This document shows, piece after piece, positions 13,200 through 25,353 of a DNA stretch of 64,000 bases. Each line of letters opens with the position of its first letter. The first letter of the stretch is position 1. Both the position numbers and the translations under genes were made by a program. The DNA is from Paecilomyces variotii. Lineage: Eukaryota. The stretch lies in NCBI GenBank assembly GCA_004022145.1, contig RCNU01000015.1, one strand, 5' to 3'. The notes under the pieces were generated by a model. It worked only from the letters and a program-made list of their open reading frames with translations, searched no databases and was not told the DNA's origin.

Positions 13200-14343
13200 A
13201 TGCTCTTCCGCAAAGGAGCGTACAAGTCCAGATTCCGTCATCGAGCCAAACCGATAGCTCTGGCGATTCTGATTGTATACGGAATATACTGTCTGTTCTT
13301 CGCTGACTCGACGAGTGCCAACCTCGTGTCTCGAGGAAACCGGCGCAGAGGATCGAAACATGCCAGAGCTTCGCACGCTCCGTTGCCCCCGTTGAAGAAA
13401 GATCTGGTCGTGGCGAGCATGACCAAGGACGACACGTCGTGGCTCTTCGACTATTTCCCGGATTGGCATAAGAGCATCTATGTGGTGGATGATGAAGATG
13501 CGGAATTGACCGTGGAAATAAACAAGGGAAGGGAGTCTATGGTGTATCTGACGTATGCAACCTCCCCTCTTGAACAAGACATGTTCGTTACTGAGGAAGG
13601 ATACCTGTTGCTGACCCAGTGGCTTTTTATAGGTATATCATTGACAACTATGACAACTTGCCCGATAATATGCTTTTCATCCACTCTCTACGCTACCAAT
13701 GGCACAACGATGACCCCTACTATGATGGCGTTCCTATGCTTAGGAACTTCCAAATCCCTTATCTGGAGGCTCAGGGGTACGTCAATCTGCGGTGCGTCTG
13801 GAATCTAGGCTGTCCTTCTGAGATACGTCCATTCCACGATACCCATCGCGAGGACGTCCACGCGGGCGAATACTTCAAGACCGGGTTTATGGAGCTCTTC
13901 CCTGAATCAGAAGTGCCAGAAGTTGTGGGCGTTTCCTGCTGCGCACAGTTCGGCGTGACCAAGTGGAAGATCCGAGAGCGACCCAAGAGTGACTATGAGC
14001 ATTTCAGAAACTGGCTGAAGACCACTGATCTGACAGATGAGCTGAGTGGGCGCATTATGGAATATTCTTGGCACAGTAAGTTATTTTCAGATCCTGATCC
14101 TAATAGCTGGGCCGGTCTAATATTGGACCTGCAGTGATATTCGGAATGGAGCCCGTTCATTGTCCAGATGTCGCTCAATGTTATTGCAACGTTTTCGGGC
14201 TGTGCAACTTGAACTGCGTTGGACCCGATAGCTGCGATAACCGGTATATCCTCCCTCCGTATTCTACACTCCCAAAGGGATGGCCTTACAAAGGCTGGGA
14301 CGGCGAGGATCAAGACCCCAGCCGACCAATCTGGGGGCCTTGA
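13200..14343 (+). CDS. DUF3431-family type II membrane protein (3 exons)
   Basis: N-terminal hydrophobic anchor, LVVAS..DDTSWL, NKGRESMVYLT|YIIDNYDNLPD, FIHSLRYQWHNDD, SCCAQFGV, SGRIMEYSWH; GT..AG introns. Confidence 0.85.
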
Positions 14344-14841
14344 GCTATCTATGCTCATATGTTATTGAAAATCAAATACGTCGCAAGCCGCATAGCGCTC
14401 CACGGATTTCGACCTCGCAAGGCCTGCAGTTGACATCTACAGGAATATCTAATCCGACGGAAATTGCTAAGCGCCCTTGTCTCGTGCTGCGATCGCGCTG
14501 AGACTGAACAGGGCAACCCATTTGCGAGATCATAAAAGACCAAGCGCCGGTCATCTCAGCTGCCGGAAACGTAGCTCTCCATCAAGAGGATAATCAGAAA
14601 GATCTGATTGACGACGGAAAGTCTTGAGCTTAGAGTGGGTCGAGAAGGGATTGAAATCTCCAAGAAACTATTCATTCTATAAACCGTCATAAACCATCTT
14701 GATGGGACGCTCATACTCGGGAGGATAGTGGAACTCACGCTATCGGAGACCTATGTATCGAGCCTGCATGGCTGGCATGGGCAGTACGCACGCATAATAA
14801 ATTATAGATATAGAGTGCTCTCCTTTTGGAATATGCCAAGG

Positions 14842-14876
14842 AATAAAAAAAAATAAAAATAAAAAAAAAAAAAAAT
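14842..14876 (+). repeat. Poly(A)-rich low-complexity tract
   Basis: AATAAAAAAAAATAAAAATAAAAAAAAAAAAAAA read directly. Confidence 0.7.
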
Positions 14877-15475
14877 TAATAAATACCATATCCAATGCTG
14901 AGCGAATAACACTTTGAAGAAAGATTATAGGTCCTCTATATGGCTTATGTACCGTTGAATACTAATCACAACCACCCTGTTTGCGGATATTCATCTCCGC
15001 GGGGTGGATTGCGCTAGCAATGGCGGCCGAGGTCCAGGAACTCCCCCGCGGTAGTTAAAGGGTGATAACTGTAACTTGCTTGCTGACAGGCCGGTTCCTG
15101 ATTGATTTAATGACCATCACCTGCTCTTTAGATAACCTCTTCTCGAAACGAATCCAGCGTCTACACTCGTTATCCCGTATCCCGTTCTCACGCTCATCCT
15201 CCCCTGTATCACGTCATCGGCGTCCCTCTTAGCTGCATCGGAGCTTCACAAGCTGAATTTCAAGGGCGTCTCCGGCTGAACAGACAAAGAGACGTTATTA
15301 CAATCGCATATTGATCCATTACCGCATACCTGCCTACCGTGAGAAACAGATCCGAAACCCATTGACAAAGGGAGTGGAGGACGGATTCCGCATCGACTCG
15401 GGAACCATTCATCACCTTGTCTCACTCAGAACCTCCGGATTAAACCACCTCACACATCAGACAAACTCCACAACC

Positions 15476-16285
15476 ATGCTCATTATCGGTCTCACCGGAT
15501 CCATCGCGACCGGTAAATCGACCGTGTCCGCCCTCCTCTCCGCACCTCCCTACTCCCTGCCCATCATCGATGCAGACCTCATCGCCCGCCAGGTCGTCGA
15601 GCCCGGGACGCCCGCCTACCGCGCGATTGTGAACTACTTCGGACCCAGCACGCCCGATCTCCTCCTCCCCGACTCTGAGGGCAAAGAGGACAGACCACTG
15701 AACCGACCAGCGCTAGGCCGGCGCGTCTTCGGTGACAGCGAGGAGCGCAAACGGGACCGAATGATCCTGAATAAAATCGTCCATCCGGCCGTGCGGCGCG
15801 AGATATACAAAGCATTACTATACTACTACCTCCGTGGATATTGGGCGGTCGTGCTGGACGTCCCGCTGCTCTTCGAGTCCGGAATGGACGTAATTTGTGG
15901 CACGGTCGTGGTAGTCGGGGTGCATGATCCCGCAGTGCAGATGCAGCGCCTACGCGCGCGCGATCCGCATCTCAGCGCGGAGGATGCAGAAAACCGCGTC
16001 CGCAGCCAGGGTGATGTGTTGGGCAAAGTGGCAAAGGCAGAGTTTCGGGGCACGAGCAATGCGCGCGGCGTGATTGTCTGGAATGATGGCGACAAGGCAG
16101 ATCTTGAGAAGGAGATTCAGAGGGCAATGAGCACGATCAGTGCGTCGAGTCCGAAATGGTGGTCGTGGGTTTTACTCCTGGCGCCGCCGCTGGGCGCTGC
16201 GTGTGCAGTATGGAACATGGCGGTCAACTTTACGACGAAGAGGAGTTGGGATCAGAAGGCACAGAGGGAAAAGGCGAAACTGTGA
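15476..16285 (+). CDS. cab5: Dephospho-CoA kinase
   Basis: MLIIGLTGSIATGKSTVS P-loop, IIDADLIARQVVEPG, LNKIVHPAV and VVLDVPLLFE; intronless; ends AKL. Confidence 0.95.
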   Translation: MLIIGLTGSIATGKSTVSALLSAPPYSLPIIDADLIARQVVEPGTPAYRAIVNYFGPSTPDLLLPDSEGKEDRPLNRPALGRRVFGDSEERKRDRMILNKIVHPAVRREIYKALLYYYLRGYWAVVLDVPLLFESGMDVICGTVVVVGVHDPAVQMQRLRARDPHLSAEDAENRVRSQGDVLGKVAKAEFRGTSNARGVIVWNDGDKADLEKEIQRAMSTISASSPKWWSWVLLLAPPLGAACAVWNMAVNFTTKRSWDQKAQREKAKL

Positions 16286-16704
16286 GCCTTTCCCTGTTTT
16301 ACATAATCTGAGTAATGGATCTAACTATATGATACTCTTTTTCTGTGGGCGATGAGTTATCATTTGTAAATATTATCGACCTTATACCTATTCTTCGTTC
16401 ATACGGGATATTTTGTCTTGGCACTTACTATAGTTCGTATATTTGGATATTATGGATTATTCTTGATTCCCTTCAATTAATCACTAACGAAAGTGATCCC
16501 ATTAATAAAAAAGCCCGTTGATGCCTTAAGAAGACCTCGTCACATGCTTTTCCGTAACGCCTATTCTATGCAGAAGCAAAACGCCCGTCCCTCGAACATC
16601 CCCCCGAAACTGGAGATATGGATCAGAACAACCGATACGGATCTCAGATCAGAAACCATCAGAAAAAATAAAGAGATAAGACCAGCTCAATCCTGGTTTA
16701 CGCT

Positions 16705-17536
16705 TCACCGCGACTTTCTCTTCTTCTTTTTCTTATCAAAATCTTGTCTTATTCTGGGGGCCTCACGACCACCTGAGATACTCGTCAAGTCACCCAGCCT
16801 GATACTATCAGGGTCAAATTTCTTGACTTGTTTCTTGGCTGCTTTGATCTTGGCTCTCTGCAACATGGCATCGACTTGTGCTGGGTCCGTCAGATCCACA
16901 TCACCCAAGTCATCATCCGAGTCGTATTCCACCGCATCGTAGGCGGATTTCTATTGAATGGGCAATTAGTTTATGGATTTAGTCTGTCAGAATGATAGGA
17001 TTTAACATTACCTTCTTCCGCTTGAAGTTCCCATAGCTCCTGCGTCCCCCAGAGACCTCGTCCGGTACATCCCAGGAATCCTCGGACACGATATAGGGTT
17101 GCTGTGGCTGTGCTGATACCGGAGAGTCTGCGCCAGGGAAATCAAGCACCCATTCTGTTTCTCCAGCTTCGGCCGCCTGACGCGCGACTGCCTCAGCGCG
17201 TTTCTGCTCTTCCGCCTTGATGGCAGCTGAGATGGCATCTAGATCGGAGGAGGGAGTGGCAGGACTTGATCCTGCAGCGTCCATGGAGAGTCGTGCTCGT
17301 TTCGGCGTGGTGCGACTCTCTTCGGATGGGGATGCAGTGGCATTGTTGGCAGCTGCGTGGGCGGCCCGTTGCATGAACTGGTGATATTATGTTAGCGCGA
17401 TTTTTCATTTATTTCAACGGTGAAATAGTTCAAAGATTGCTGGGTCGGGGTTTCAATTTCCACATACTTTCATTGTGAGAAGCCGCGAAGACATTGTCTT
17501 CTCTGGCTTTGCGCCAGGCGTCGATGAGCCTGACAT
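16705..17536 (-). CDS. mpp6: Mpp6-like nuclear exosome-associated protein (3 exons)
   Basis: MSSRLLTMK|FMQR near the N-terminus and GRRSYGNF are the two short conserved MPP6 motifs; basic KKKKKRKSR tail. Confidence 0.7.
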
Positions 17537-17714
17537 GATGATGACTGTTGTGTATTTTAGAAGAGAACACTCTCCTATATCTCAAAGAGTAAAAATATAG
17601 AACCCATCCAGCAGAGCCGTGCTCTGCTGCTCGTTCGTTGTGAAAAGTGCAGCTTCACAAATAGAAGTTCTGCGGGCGGGCAGTTTTCGCCGCAAAAGGG
17701 CAGGCTGGGCGCCG

Positions 17715-17719
17715 ATTGG
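17715..17719 (-). promoter_or_regulatory. CCAAT box in the 313-bp divergent promoter between the mpp6-like gene and the complex I subunit gene
   Basis: CCGATTGGCTGA on the + strand (AGCCAATCGG on -), about 130 bp upstream of a respiratory-chain gene; such genes are typical CCAAT-binding complex targets. Confidence 0.4.
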
Positions 17720-17849
17720 CTGAGGACCGACACCCGCGAGCTCGAGCAAACCTCACTCAACATCACCGGCTCGATCTTCGAACTCCCCCTTCGCTTCCCC
17801 TCGACAATCCACATCGGGCTGTCGTTCCAGCACTCTCACATCAACCGCC

Positions 17850-18689
17850 ATGTTCTCCTCCGCCAGAAGCCGCATTGCGGCTCTCTCCACGCGGCCCGGT
17901 GCCTTTGCGCTCCCTCGCGCCGGTTACTCGTCCACGGCTGCCCGGCTCTTGCCTGAGAACGTGATCCCAGCCAACGACCCGACCCCGCGACAGCCCAAGC
18001 CCAATGTCTCTGCGACCAATGCCACTCCTGTCGATTCTGTCGGTGCTTGGGATGCTGCTCTCCAGGAGGAGCCCGAGGTGGGAGAGCGCAGTCGCCAGCT
18101 GCAGGCGCCCAACCGCGCCACCACCTGGGCCAAGAGCCAGCAGCCCAGAGCGCAGGCCATGACCGGTCCTCGCTTCGAACAGACCATCATAGAGCTTCAG
18201 GTCAGTAGCCTTCGATCAATTGTTAGATCATCTGCTGGATTTTGAGGGAGGAGTTGGGGAGGGACAATGACAATTGGGAATACACATTGTCCGATTGGTT
18301 GATACAGACACGACTGACGAGATCCTCATGAACAGCCTCAACCTCTGGCCGCCATTGAGCTTATCCACAGACAACCCGTCCGCTGGCAGAAGAAGAGAGT
18401 TGTCGAGTGCGATGGTGGCGGTGGTCCCACCGGTCACCCCAGAATCTTCATCAACGTCGACAAGCCCCAGATCTGCCACTGCACGTACTGCGGTCTGCCT
18501 TTCGTATGTGACTCCATTGATACGACCTCTAGCGAGACGAAGTCTAACTCTACCGTATAGGCCCACGAGAAGCACCGTCCTTATCTCGAGTCCCTGCCCG
18601 CGACCACCTACCCGCTGAAGGCTACCGGCGACCCTGCCGAAGTTAACGAGACCCAGCGCGTCACGGACAGCGGTTGGGAACAGCGATAA
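17850..18689 (+). CDS. NDUFS6: NADH:ubiquinone oxidoreductase zinc-finger subunit (NDUFS6/NUMM), 3 exons
   Basis: Mitochondrial presequence, QAPNRATTWAKSQQPR..AMTGPRFEQT, and zf-CHCC motif CDGGGGPTGHPRIFINVDKPQICHCTYCGLPF. Confidence 0.93.
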
Positions 18690-19049
18690 ATCCGATCTTT
18701 TTATATCTTGGCGTTGATGACCTTGTTAGCTTTTTTTCTTTCCGCCCTTCTGCCCGCGAGGGCTCCCTGTACAGTGTTCTTAGTATGCAGATGCAGATCA
18801 ATAGATATTATTGATTGAGTGGAGAACTGTCTTGCTGACAAGACTTGTTAATAGCGAGGATATCTGTCGCATTTTCCGTTACAGATATCTCTGTAGAAAA
18901 GAACCATACTTGATATTTGATATTTTCCATATGCGTCGTCGCTAGGCACTAGGTATACATCCACATTAAGTCACTTCCCCTGCACCAATCATGCTCTTCC
19001 AGTTTCTAAACACGGAACATCATGCTCCTCAGAAATCCATTGGAGATCT

Positions 19050-19307
19050 GGACTTGATCCCAAAGCCAACGACTGCTAGTATAATGGAAAACTGTCTTCG
19101 TGCTTGGATGGTGGTATGTAGGTCGCCTGGGCTGGAGTACCTCTTCGACCGTTCAACCTTCGTACATAGCAAGGTTTGCGTCCAGTGTTTGGAGGCTTCG
19201 AGACAAGAATTTTCGAAAGTCCCATATTCTACGAGGAAGAAGACGTACTCTAGGAATCCCAACTTTGGCGTAGTTGAGGTCAGATATCTGCGTAAATCAC
19301 AGTTCAT
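19050..19307 (-). pseudogene. 5' relic of an Aim9/APH-like phosphotransferase gene
   Basis: Minus strand gives MNCDL..., FRKFLSRSL and VFHYTSSRWLWDQ in shifting frames, versus MNSRF..., LPKVLSRQL and FFRYTSGRWLWDE in the gene at 21300-23286. A 15-bp identity ATCCCAAAGCCAACG occurs at 19057 and 23047. Confidence 0.6.
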
Positions 19308-19633
19308 TGTTGTGGATGGTTCACCCACTCAGCTACTTGGGAGAGTGAAGCTCTTCGGAACCTGGGGAGGCACCCAAACCTAGACAGCGCCATTTTGGAT
19401 GCAACTGGGATATGAAGCTCTACTATATGCACAATCGATACCACATGAATTGATCTATTCTCTGCGTTCTTGTCCGTCTACATTTTTCTAGTCAATAAAT
19501 CTCCCTTCACCGGCGCCGCAGCAGAAGATCGATCCAATGACGTCGACATCCCCAACCCATCTTTCCTTTCCCCCCACCAGATAGCAGCAAAATCAATTAA
19601 ACAAATCAATAACGATTCAATCTCTAACATCTT

Positions 19634-20350
19634 ATGCCAACAACCCTGACCCTCAAACTCTTCGCCCTCCAACTCCTCCTCATCGCCGCATTCTTCCCCA
19701 ACTTCTTCATCGGCACGCTCAGCTATTTCGTCCCAGAATTCATTATCCCCGCGCGCAGTACTACCGCCAAACAGCACCAACCACCATCCCCGCATCCAAC
19801 GCCAGCCATGTCGTCCTGGTTCCAGAAGACTTTCACCCTTCCTTCCCGCTCGCGCGGCTCGTACCTGATCACAGACACCGTTGTGTCTGAACTGCCCGAA
19901 CTGCGCAACTACAAGGTCGGCATTCTGAACTTGTTCATCCAGCACACGAGCTGTGCGCTTTCGTTGAACGAGAACTGGGATGAGGATGTGCGTGAGGATA
20001 TGAGCGATGCGTTGGATCGCATCGCACCGGCGGATCGCAAGGGAAATCTTTATCGACACAGTGCGGAGGGAGAGGATGATATGCCGGTGAGTAATCAGAT
20101 TGCTCCTCGCGGGGATTAAATTAGGATTGAATCTTGAGAATCTGTGGGATTAGATTGGAATGTCTAACTGAATTTGCTGGTGCTATTTTAGGCCCATATC
20201 AAATCTGCCCTCATCGGTGCTTCTGTGTCTATTCCTATTACCAATGGCCGTCTGAACACCGGTACCTGGCAGGGTATCTGGTACCTTGAATTCCGCGCAA
20301 GCAAGCACTCGAGAAAGGTCGTTGCGACTATCCAGGGAGAGAAGGCTTGA
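19634..20350 (+). CDS. UPF0047/YjbQ-family protein (2 exons); conserved domain starts at ATG 19808
   Basis: MSSWFQKTFTL, FIQHTSCALSLNENWDEDVR.DM, YRHSAEGEDDMP|AHIKSALIG and GTWQGIWYLEFR. Confidence 0.92.
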
Positions 20351-20588
20351 CTGGGTGATGGGTCGTCGAGGCATCTACTATAAATTATGTCATTGGTTCA
20401 GATCGTTCGTTGCAGAAAAGGCAAGGATAACTATGTATTGCTTCACTGTAGAATACGTCACCTTCCCAGGTGCTGCAGTGCCGGTGAAGATTAAGATCGA
20501 TCAGAAGAAGAAATGAATACCAGATGTGAATAGTGCATGGTAATCGAATTCTCCGGAGGGGAAGTTGTCAAATCCAGAGCACGGAAGC

Positions 20589-21149
20589 ATGGTATGATTT
20601 GAACCACCCAGCTATGCTTGCTTAACTCTAGTTCTAGTGAGTTTCGAACCCATATTTGATTCCTAAGCATACAAAGAATCGAGATTCTAGTGACCTAGTA
20701 GGTTCTATCCTATACCAAAGAACCTGCTGCAAACGGATGATTGACGGATTACCTAGACATACACTTTGTACGCCAACAAATCACCAGAAAGACGGTCAAC
20801 ATCGTGAATACTCAGTAACAGAACTAGTCTCAAAGGTAAGTCTATGTACATGCTGATAAACCCAATGCATGACACAACTTTCTGACATGGACTTAATTCG
20901 ATGTAGATGGATATCTCTAAGAAGACGGTTCGGAAGTCCCTCGACGGAATTGCCTGGACGAAAATTTACAGTGATAACGAGCATGAGATCATCATGCAAG
21001 CGAACAAAAACGCAGATGATGCGGAAGTAAAGAAATCTGCGCAGAAGGACAGCCATAAGATTTTGGCCAAATGTGTCATAGATGTGAAGAATGAAGATCC
21101 GCAGAAGGCTGAGGCTGATTTGCAGGAGTTATTTAACGAGAGAAATTGA
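20589..21149 (+). pseudogene. Small multi-exon hypothetical gene, probably frameshifted
   Basis: ATG|gtatga intron with CTTAAC..TAG, a 5-nt micro-exon, gtgagt and gtaagt donors, and a coding-like last exon (MDISKKTVRKSLDGIAWTKIYSDNEHEIIMQANKNA). The simplest splicing gives early stops unless two 1-nt deletions are assumed. Confidence 0.4.
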
Positions 21150-21299
21150 TACGGCTGTGATTTGATATGGGGATCTATTGATATTGTTAGTGGCGTAGTT
21201 AGCAGTCTTATCATGAATCCATGAAGCACAAGCCAAAGCCAAAGTCCAGGCGCCTCATCTATGCGTGAATACTGTACAAGATAGGAATTCTGACCACCT

Positions 21300-23286
21300 T
21301 TATCTGTCTACCCAGCGAGTCTCTCTCTCAAATTCCTCCCTCTCACTACCGGTCAAGTTCTGAAGGCCAACCTTTCGTAACTCTGAAAAGAATGCAACAG
21401 CATCCTCATATCTTTCGTTACTTGTCCAACCATCTCTCTTCACCAGATGATCTATGTGATCAAAGAAATCTTGGACTTCGTTCCATCCCTCCGCATCCTG
21501 TAAATGGCTCTTTAAATCTTGCTCGGTGAAATGAATTGGACAGTTCTCTTTGAGTCCTAGTTCTTTCCAATATCTATGACACGTTAGCCGTTGTATCTCA
21601 ACTGTCTAGAGTTCCCAGCGAAGAAATATGTACCTCTCGACATTGATGAGTGTCTCCCGAAATGACACTATATCATCGTCCCACGAATCCCCTGAGTACT
21701 CCACAGCAAGGCGTCTTGTCTTTCCATGGTCCAGAGTAAACGCCTTGGCTAGCTTTGGATTACGCTTCTCCGATTCTAATATATAAAGCTGAGACAGCGT
21801 TGACCTCGCAATTTGTGCTTTGATCTGAACTTTCCGCTCTTCATCGAGATCTTCGAAATTATCCGGTCGTTTCAACAGGACAGGACCTTGATAGTCAATT
21901 ATCGGGCAAGGCCGGGCTCGAAAGAGAAGAGGACCAGCCCATACGCTCTGCCAGTCGATAACGGAAGTGATGCGATTGCCATCAACAAAAATATTTGAAC
22001 CATGGAGATCATCATGCCATAATATTGATTCAATGAGTTCCCGGTCAACTTCTACAAGATATGGAGCGACTTGGAGGTACTTCTCCAGGAGCTGAATATG
22101 AGCTTCTGGGTCGTTTTGTGCTGTAGAGACGACGAGAGGGTCGCTAGGCGCTTTTGCAACTGCGTAACGCTTAATCCACGCGATTTCTCGACGTCCCACA
22201 GACATAACGTAGTCGACGGCGTTGGACCCTTAATACGTTTAGTCACTGGAATCATAAATAAAGGCGCTCTGTAACGTACAGGGACCACGATCGATATCCA
22301 TCGCGGAGCGTTCTCCACGCCAGAAGCCTCTACCAACGGAGGGCCCGATAGTGAACGTCTTGGATACTTTGTCTTTCAACCCTACAGACGTATCACTGGT
22401 GATTTCTGCGGGCACTGCGCCTTTAACGGCGCTGTTCGCAAAGTATATGCTACCATAGCTAAAGGGCCTGTAAACAATCTGTTTCCAAATAAAAATAGAA
22501 ACAGAAATAGAAATTATGATAATAAATGGTAACTTACTGTGAAAAAGACACGGATAACATTTTCTGCTCCAACTTCACAATTTCTCTCATGACTTCAAGC
22601 TTTGAAGGAGGTGTCAGTCCTTCCCACACGTTTTCGAGTTGCGTCCCGACAGCCTCTTCCATGATGATGTATTCTGAACCAACTGAATTATCATCCACAG
22701 CACTCCACGTGTATACTCGTGGTACTGGAATACCTAGTACTGTTCGAGCCTATCACTCCATATCAGCGTTACGCCGTTGACCTAAGCATATAGACTTTAG
22801 ACTCACGAATTCCATCGTGGCCACTTCGGATGCGGTAGTATAGAATTTAGGTCCAGCATTTGGATTTGGAATGCGCGCTATAGCAACTTTTCCGTCGTCC
22901 ATAATTAAACGAAAGATCTTATTGTACCCTCCTTCTGCGAGTTTGATCATGGAGACACATTTTTTTGAACCTATGCTTTTAGCTGAGATCTCTTGGAGCT
23001 TTTTAACGTTGAAGCGTTTGTATCTGTCGCGAAGCTGTCGCTCCTCATCCCAAAGCCAACGCCCACTGGTGTAGCGGAAAAAGTCTTCATATTCAGAGTG
23101 ATGTATTGACGTATGCGTTTTGCGGTCACCTGTATATCGGAAGTGGTTTGGGCGACTTCTGCTACTTGAAAGTTGCCGGGATAGAACCTTTGGAAGATGG
23201 AATGGGCCGTCGACAAATGACTTGGATCTTTGCGCCGTCCATTCTGGCACAGCCGACGATAGAGGTATGCAAAAACGAGAATTCAT
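21300..23286 (-). CDS. Aim9-like / aminoglycoside-phosphotransferase (APH)-fold protein, multi-exon
   Basis: RYTSGRWLW, KLAEGGYNKIF, IARIPNPNAG, TASEVATMEF, Brenner-type LWHDDLHGSNIFV and VIDWQ; introns restore the frame. Confidence 0.85.
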
Positions 23287-23610
23287 CACCGTGGGGTCGA
23301 TGGATGGTTTCGAACGAGGCTTTATCAATCCTAAGCTGAGAGCCAAAACCCAGACCGTGGACTCTGTTAGGCAGCTCCCGCCCAGCAACAAGTGACCCGC
23401 CAATTAGGGACGGGGACCCAAGGAAGCTTGGAGTATCACCATCGCCTGATGATCACTACAGCGTGTCTGTCAAATTAAGATGTTGCACAGATCATTCCTT
23501 TTGATATCCACAGGGACAGCTTTGTCTCAAAATCATGTTCCCATTTGCTACTGTATGCGCTCACATTACCTATGTAGGTATCTGCTAGAATTTCAGCTCT
23601 CATCCATCCC

Positions 23611-24522
23611 CTACCTGTGAACCACTGTCTGGGCAAATTGATTGGAGACAGCCACATCCGCACTGTGATCGCCCTCCGCCGCCTTAATCGTATTCCTCAA
23701 CATCTTCAACGACTCGAATTGATCATTCCACGCCCTCCCCGTGAGGATCTCCTGCGCCGGAATCTTCCGCCCATAAAACCGTTCATTCTCATCTGTACGC
23801 TCAACCACAACCGTCCCATCCACCTGCACACCAGCGTAGAACCCTCTACTTTTCAAGTATGTCCATATAGGCGCCTGTCGTTTATGCACTTCTGATTCTA
23901 GGATCCCTCCCATACCCACGGGTCCCAAGGCAGCACTGACTTCTCCACCAAGAGTGCATCGGATCTTTGTAAAGGCCTGCAACGCCTCATAGGTATTAAT
24001 GACCACGACACAGTCGTAAATATCAATACCAGCCAGAAACCCCAGACCAGCCGTATGAAGCAAGATCCCCGAAGGCGCACTCCACTCGCCAGTCTCTGGA
24101 ATCCTAGCCACGAGCACGCCGCTGCCTCCTGCACCACTGAACCACAGACCCGTGCGCATAGTTGTGAAAATAGCAAGTCCCTTCGCCTGTCGAATCACCT
24201 CTGTCGGAATCTTCTGTAGCACTTTCTGTTTTCCGCGCGGTTCGTTGATCTGTTTCTCCGTCGCACGGGGATCGTTCGGTCTCTCTTTATCGAGATATAT
24301 GCCATCTTTGCAGAAGCTGCGGAGAATACGGGCTGCCTTTTCAGCCTCTTTGTCGATGGTCATGGGCCAGAATGCTTCTGAGCCGAGCTTGTTGCTGAGT
24401 TTGTTCACGGGGGCACCAAGCTTGTCGAGAGCGTTCCATGCTTTGTCGAAGCCGCGTTTCGAGAGGCCTTTTGTTTTCGACCACGCATTTTGATCAGTCG
24501 TAGTGGATGGTTTAGGATACAT
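23611..24522 (-). CDS. SYLF/Ysc84 (DUF500) domain protein without SH3
   Basis: EAEKAARILRSF, IP..VI.QAKGLAIFT, SGAGGSGVLVAR...WSAPSGI and SRGFYAGVQVDGTVVVERTDENERFYG. Confidence 0.88.
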   Translation of the reverse strand: MYPKPSTTTDQNAWSKTKGLSKRGFDKAWNALDKLGAPVNKLSNKLGSEAFWPMTIDKEAEKAARILRSFCKDGIYLDKERPNDPRATEKQINEPRGKQKVLQKIPTEVIRQAKGLAIFTTMRTGLWFSGAGGSGVLVARIPETGEWSAPSGILLHTAGLGFLAGIDIYDCVVVINTYEALQAFTKIRCTLGGEVSAALGPVGMGGILESEVHKRQAPIWTYLKSRGFYAGVQVDGTVVVERTDENERFYGRKIPAQEILTGRAWNDQFESLKMLRNTIKAAEGDHSADVAVSNQFAQTVVHR

Positions 24523-25353
24523 GGATGGAGGTAGAATTTGGGTAATAATTATGATTAGAGCGAATTTATAAGTGCAGTGATGGGTTCATGGGATAATTGA
24601 ACGCGCGAGGGGTATCTATGCCGGGTTGTCAAAGATGAGCTGGTGAATAGGATGTTAAATTGATCAAGTTCTAGACAACACTTCTAAATAAATCCAAAGC
24701 AAAACGAGATGTGAACTACCTAGGTTTCAGCTATATACCAGCCGGACAAAGGGCTGCTTATTATGAAAATGAAAATAAGGCTGCGGTGTCTTGCAGTACT
24801 GTAAGACCTAGCAAGGCTTATCATTGCTCAGCCCCGCGGGAACGTCATTGCCAGTTGCTCGTATCCGTATCACTCAGGGGTGCTTGCTGCCTTGTCTCCA
24901 AAATCCCTGTTGCCCATATGAATCGGATTAGAATGGCTGCTCGCATTTCAGCCACTGTTCTAGACTTTTGGAGCATGTCTAGCTTGCTCAATAGTACTAC
25001 TAGCATCTCGATTCTCGGTTGCTGGGCCTAAATTCTCCATACAGTAACCGTGGAACCGCAGCCTAAGAATAGAATAACGCAATGAAGCTTAATTTCCCTC
25101 CCGTTTGATAAAATTACATTTTATAAATAAGACTTACGGGATAGTTTTCTGGGATAATTTCGTGCACAGTCGCCATTGTTAACAGGGAGTTTTGTGTGGA
25201 TAGGCCCGAATATTATTCCCACGGGAGGTCAACCTACGGAGAGCAGTCGCTATATTTTGTAAACAAGGATCTTACGAATATTCTACTGGTAGTCCAATGA
25301 GTGATGGATTTTGGTATAGTAGAAATCGGTAGTCGCTAGCAGTGCTGAACGGC

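Noticed and set aside
15311-15475. TTG-initiated in-frame extension of dephospho-CoA kinase
   Set aside because: No targeting-like composition; the ATG at 15476 has good context and matches the family N-terminus.
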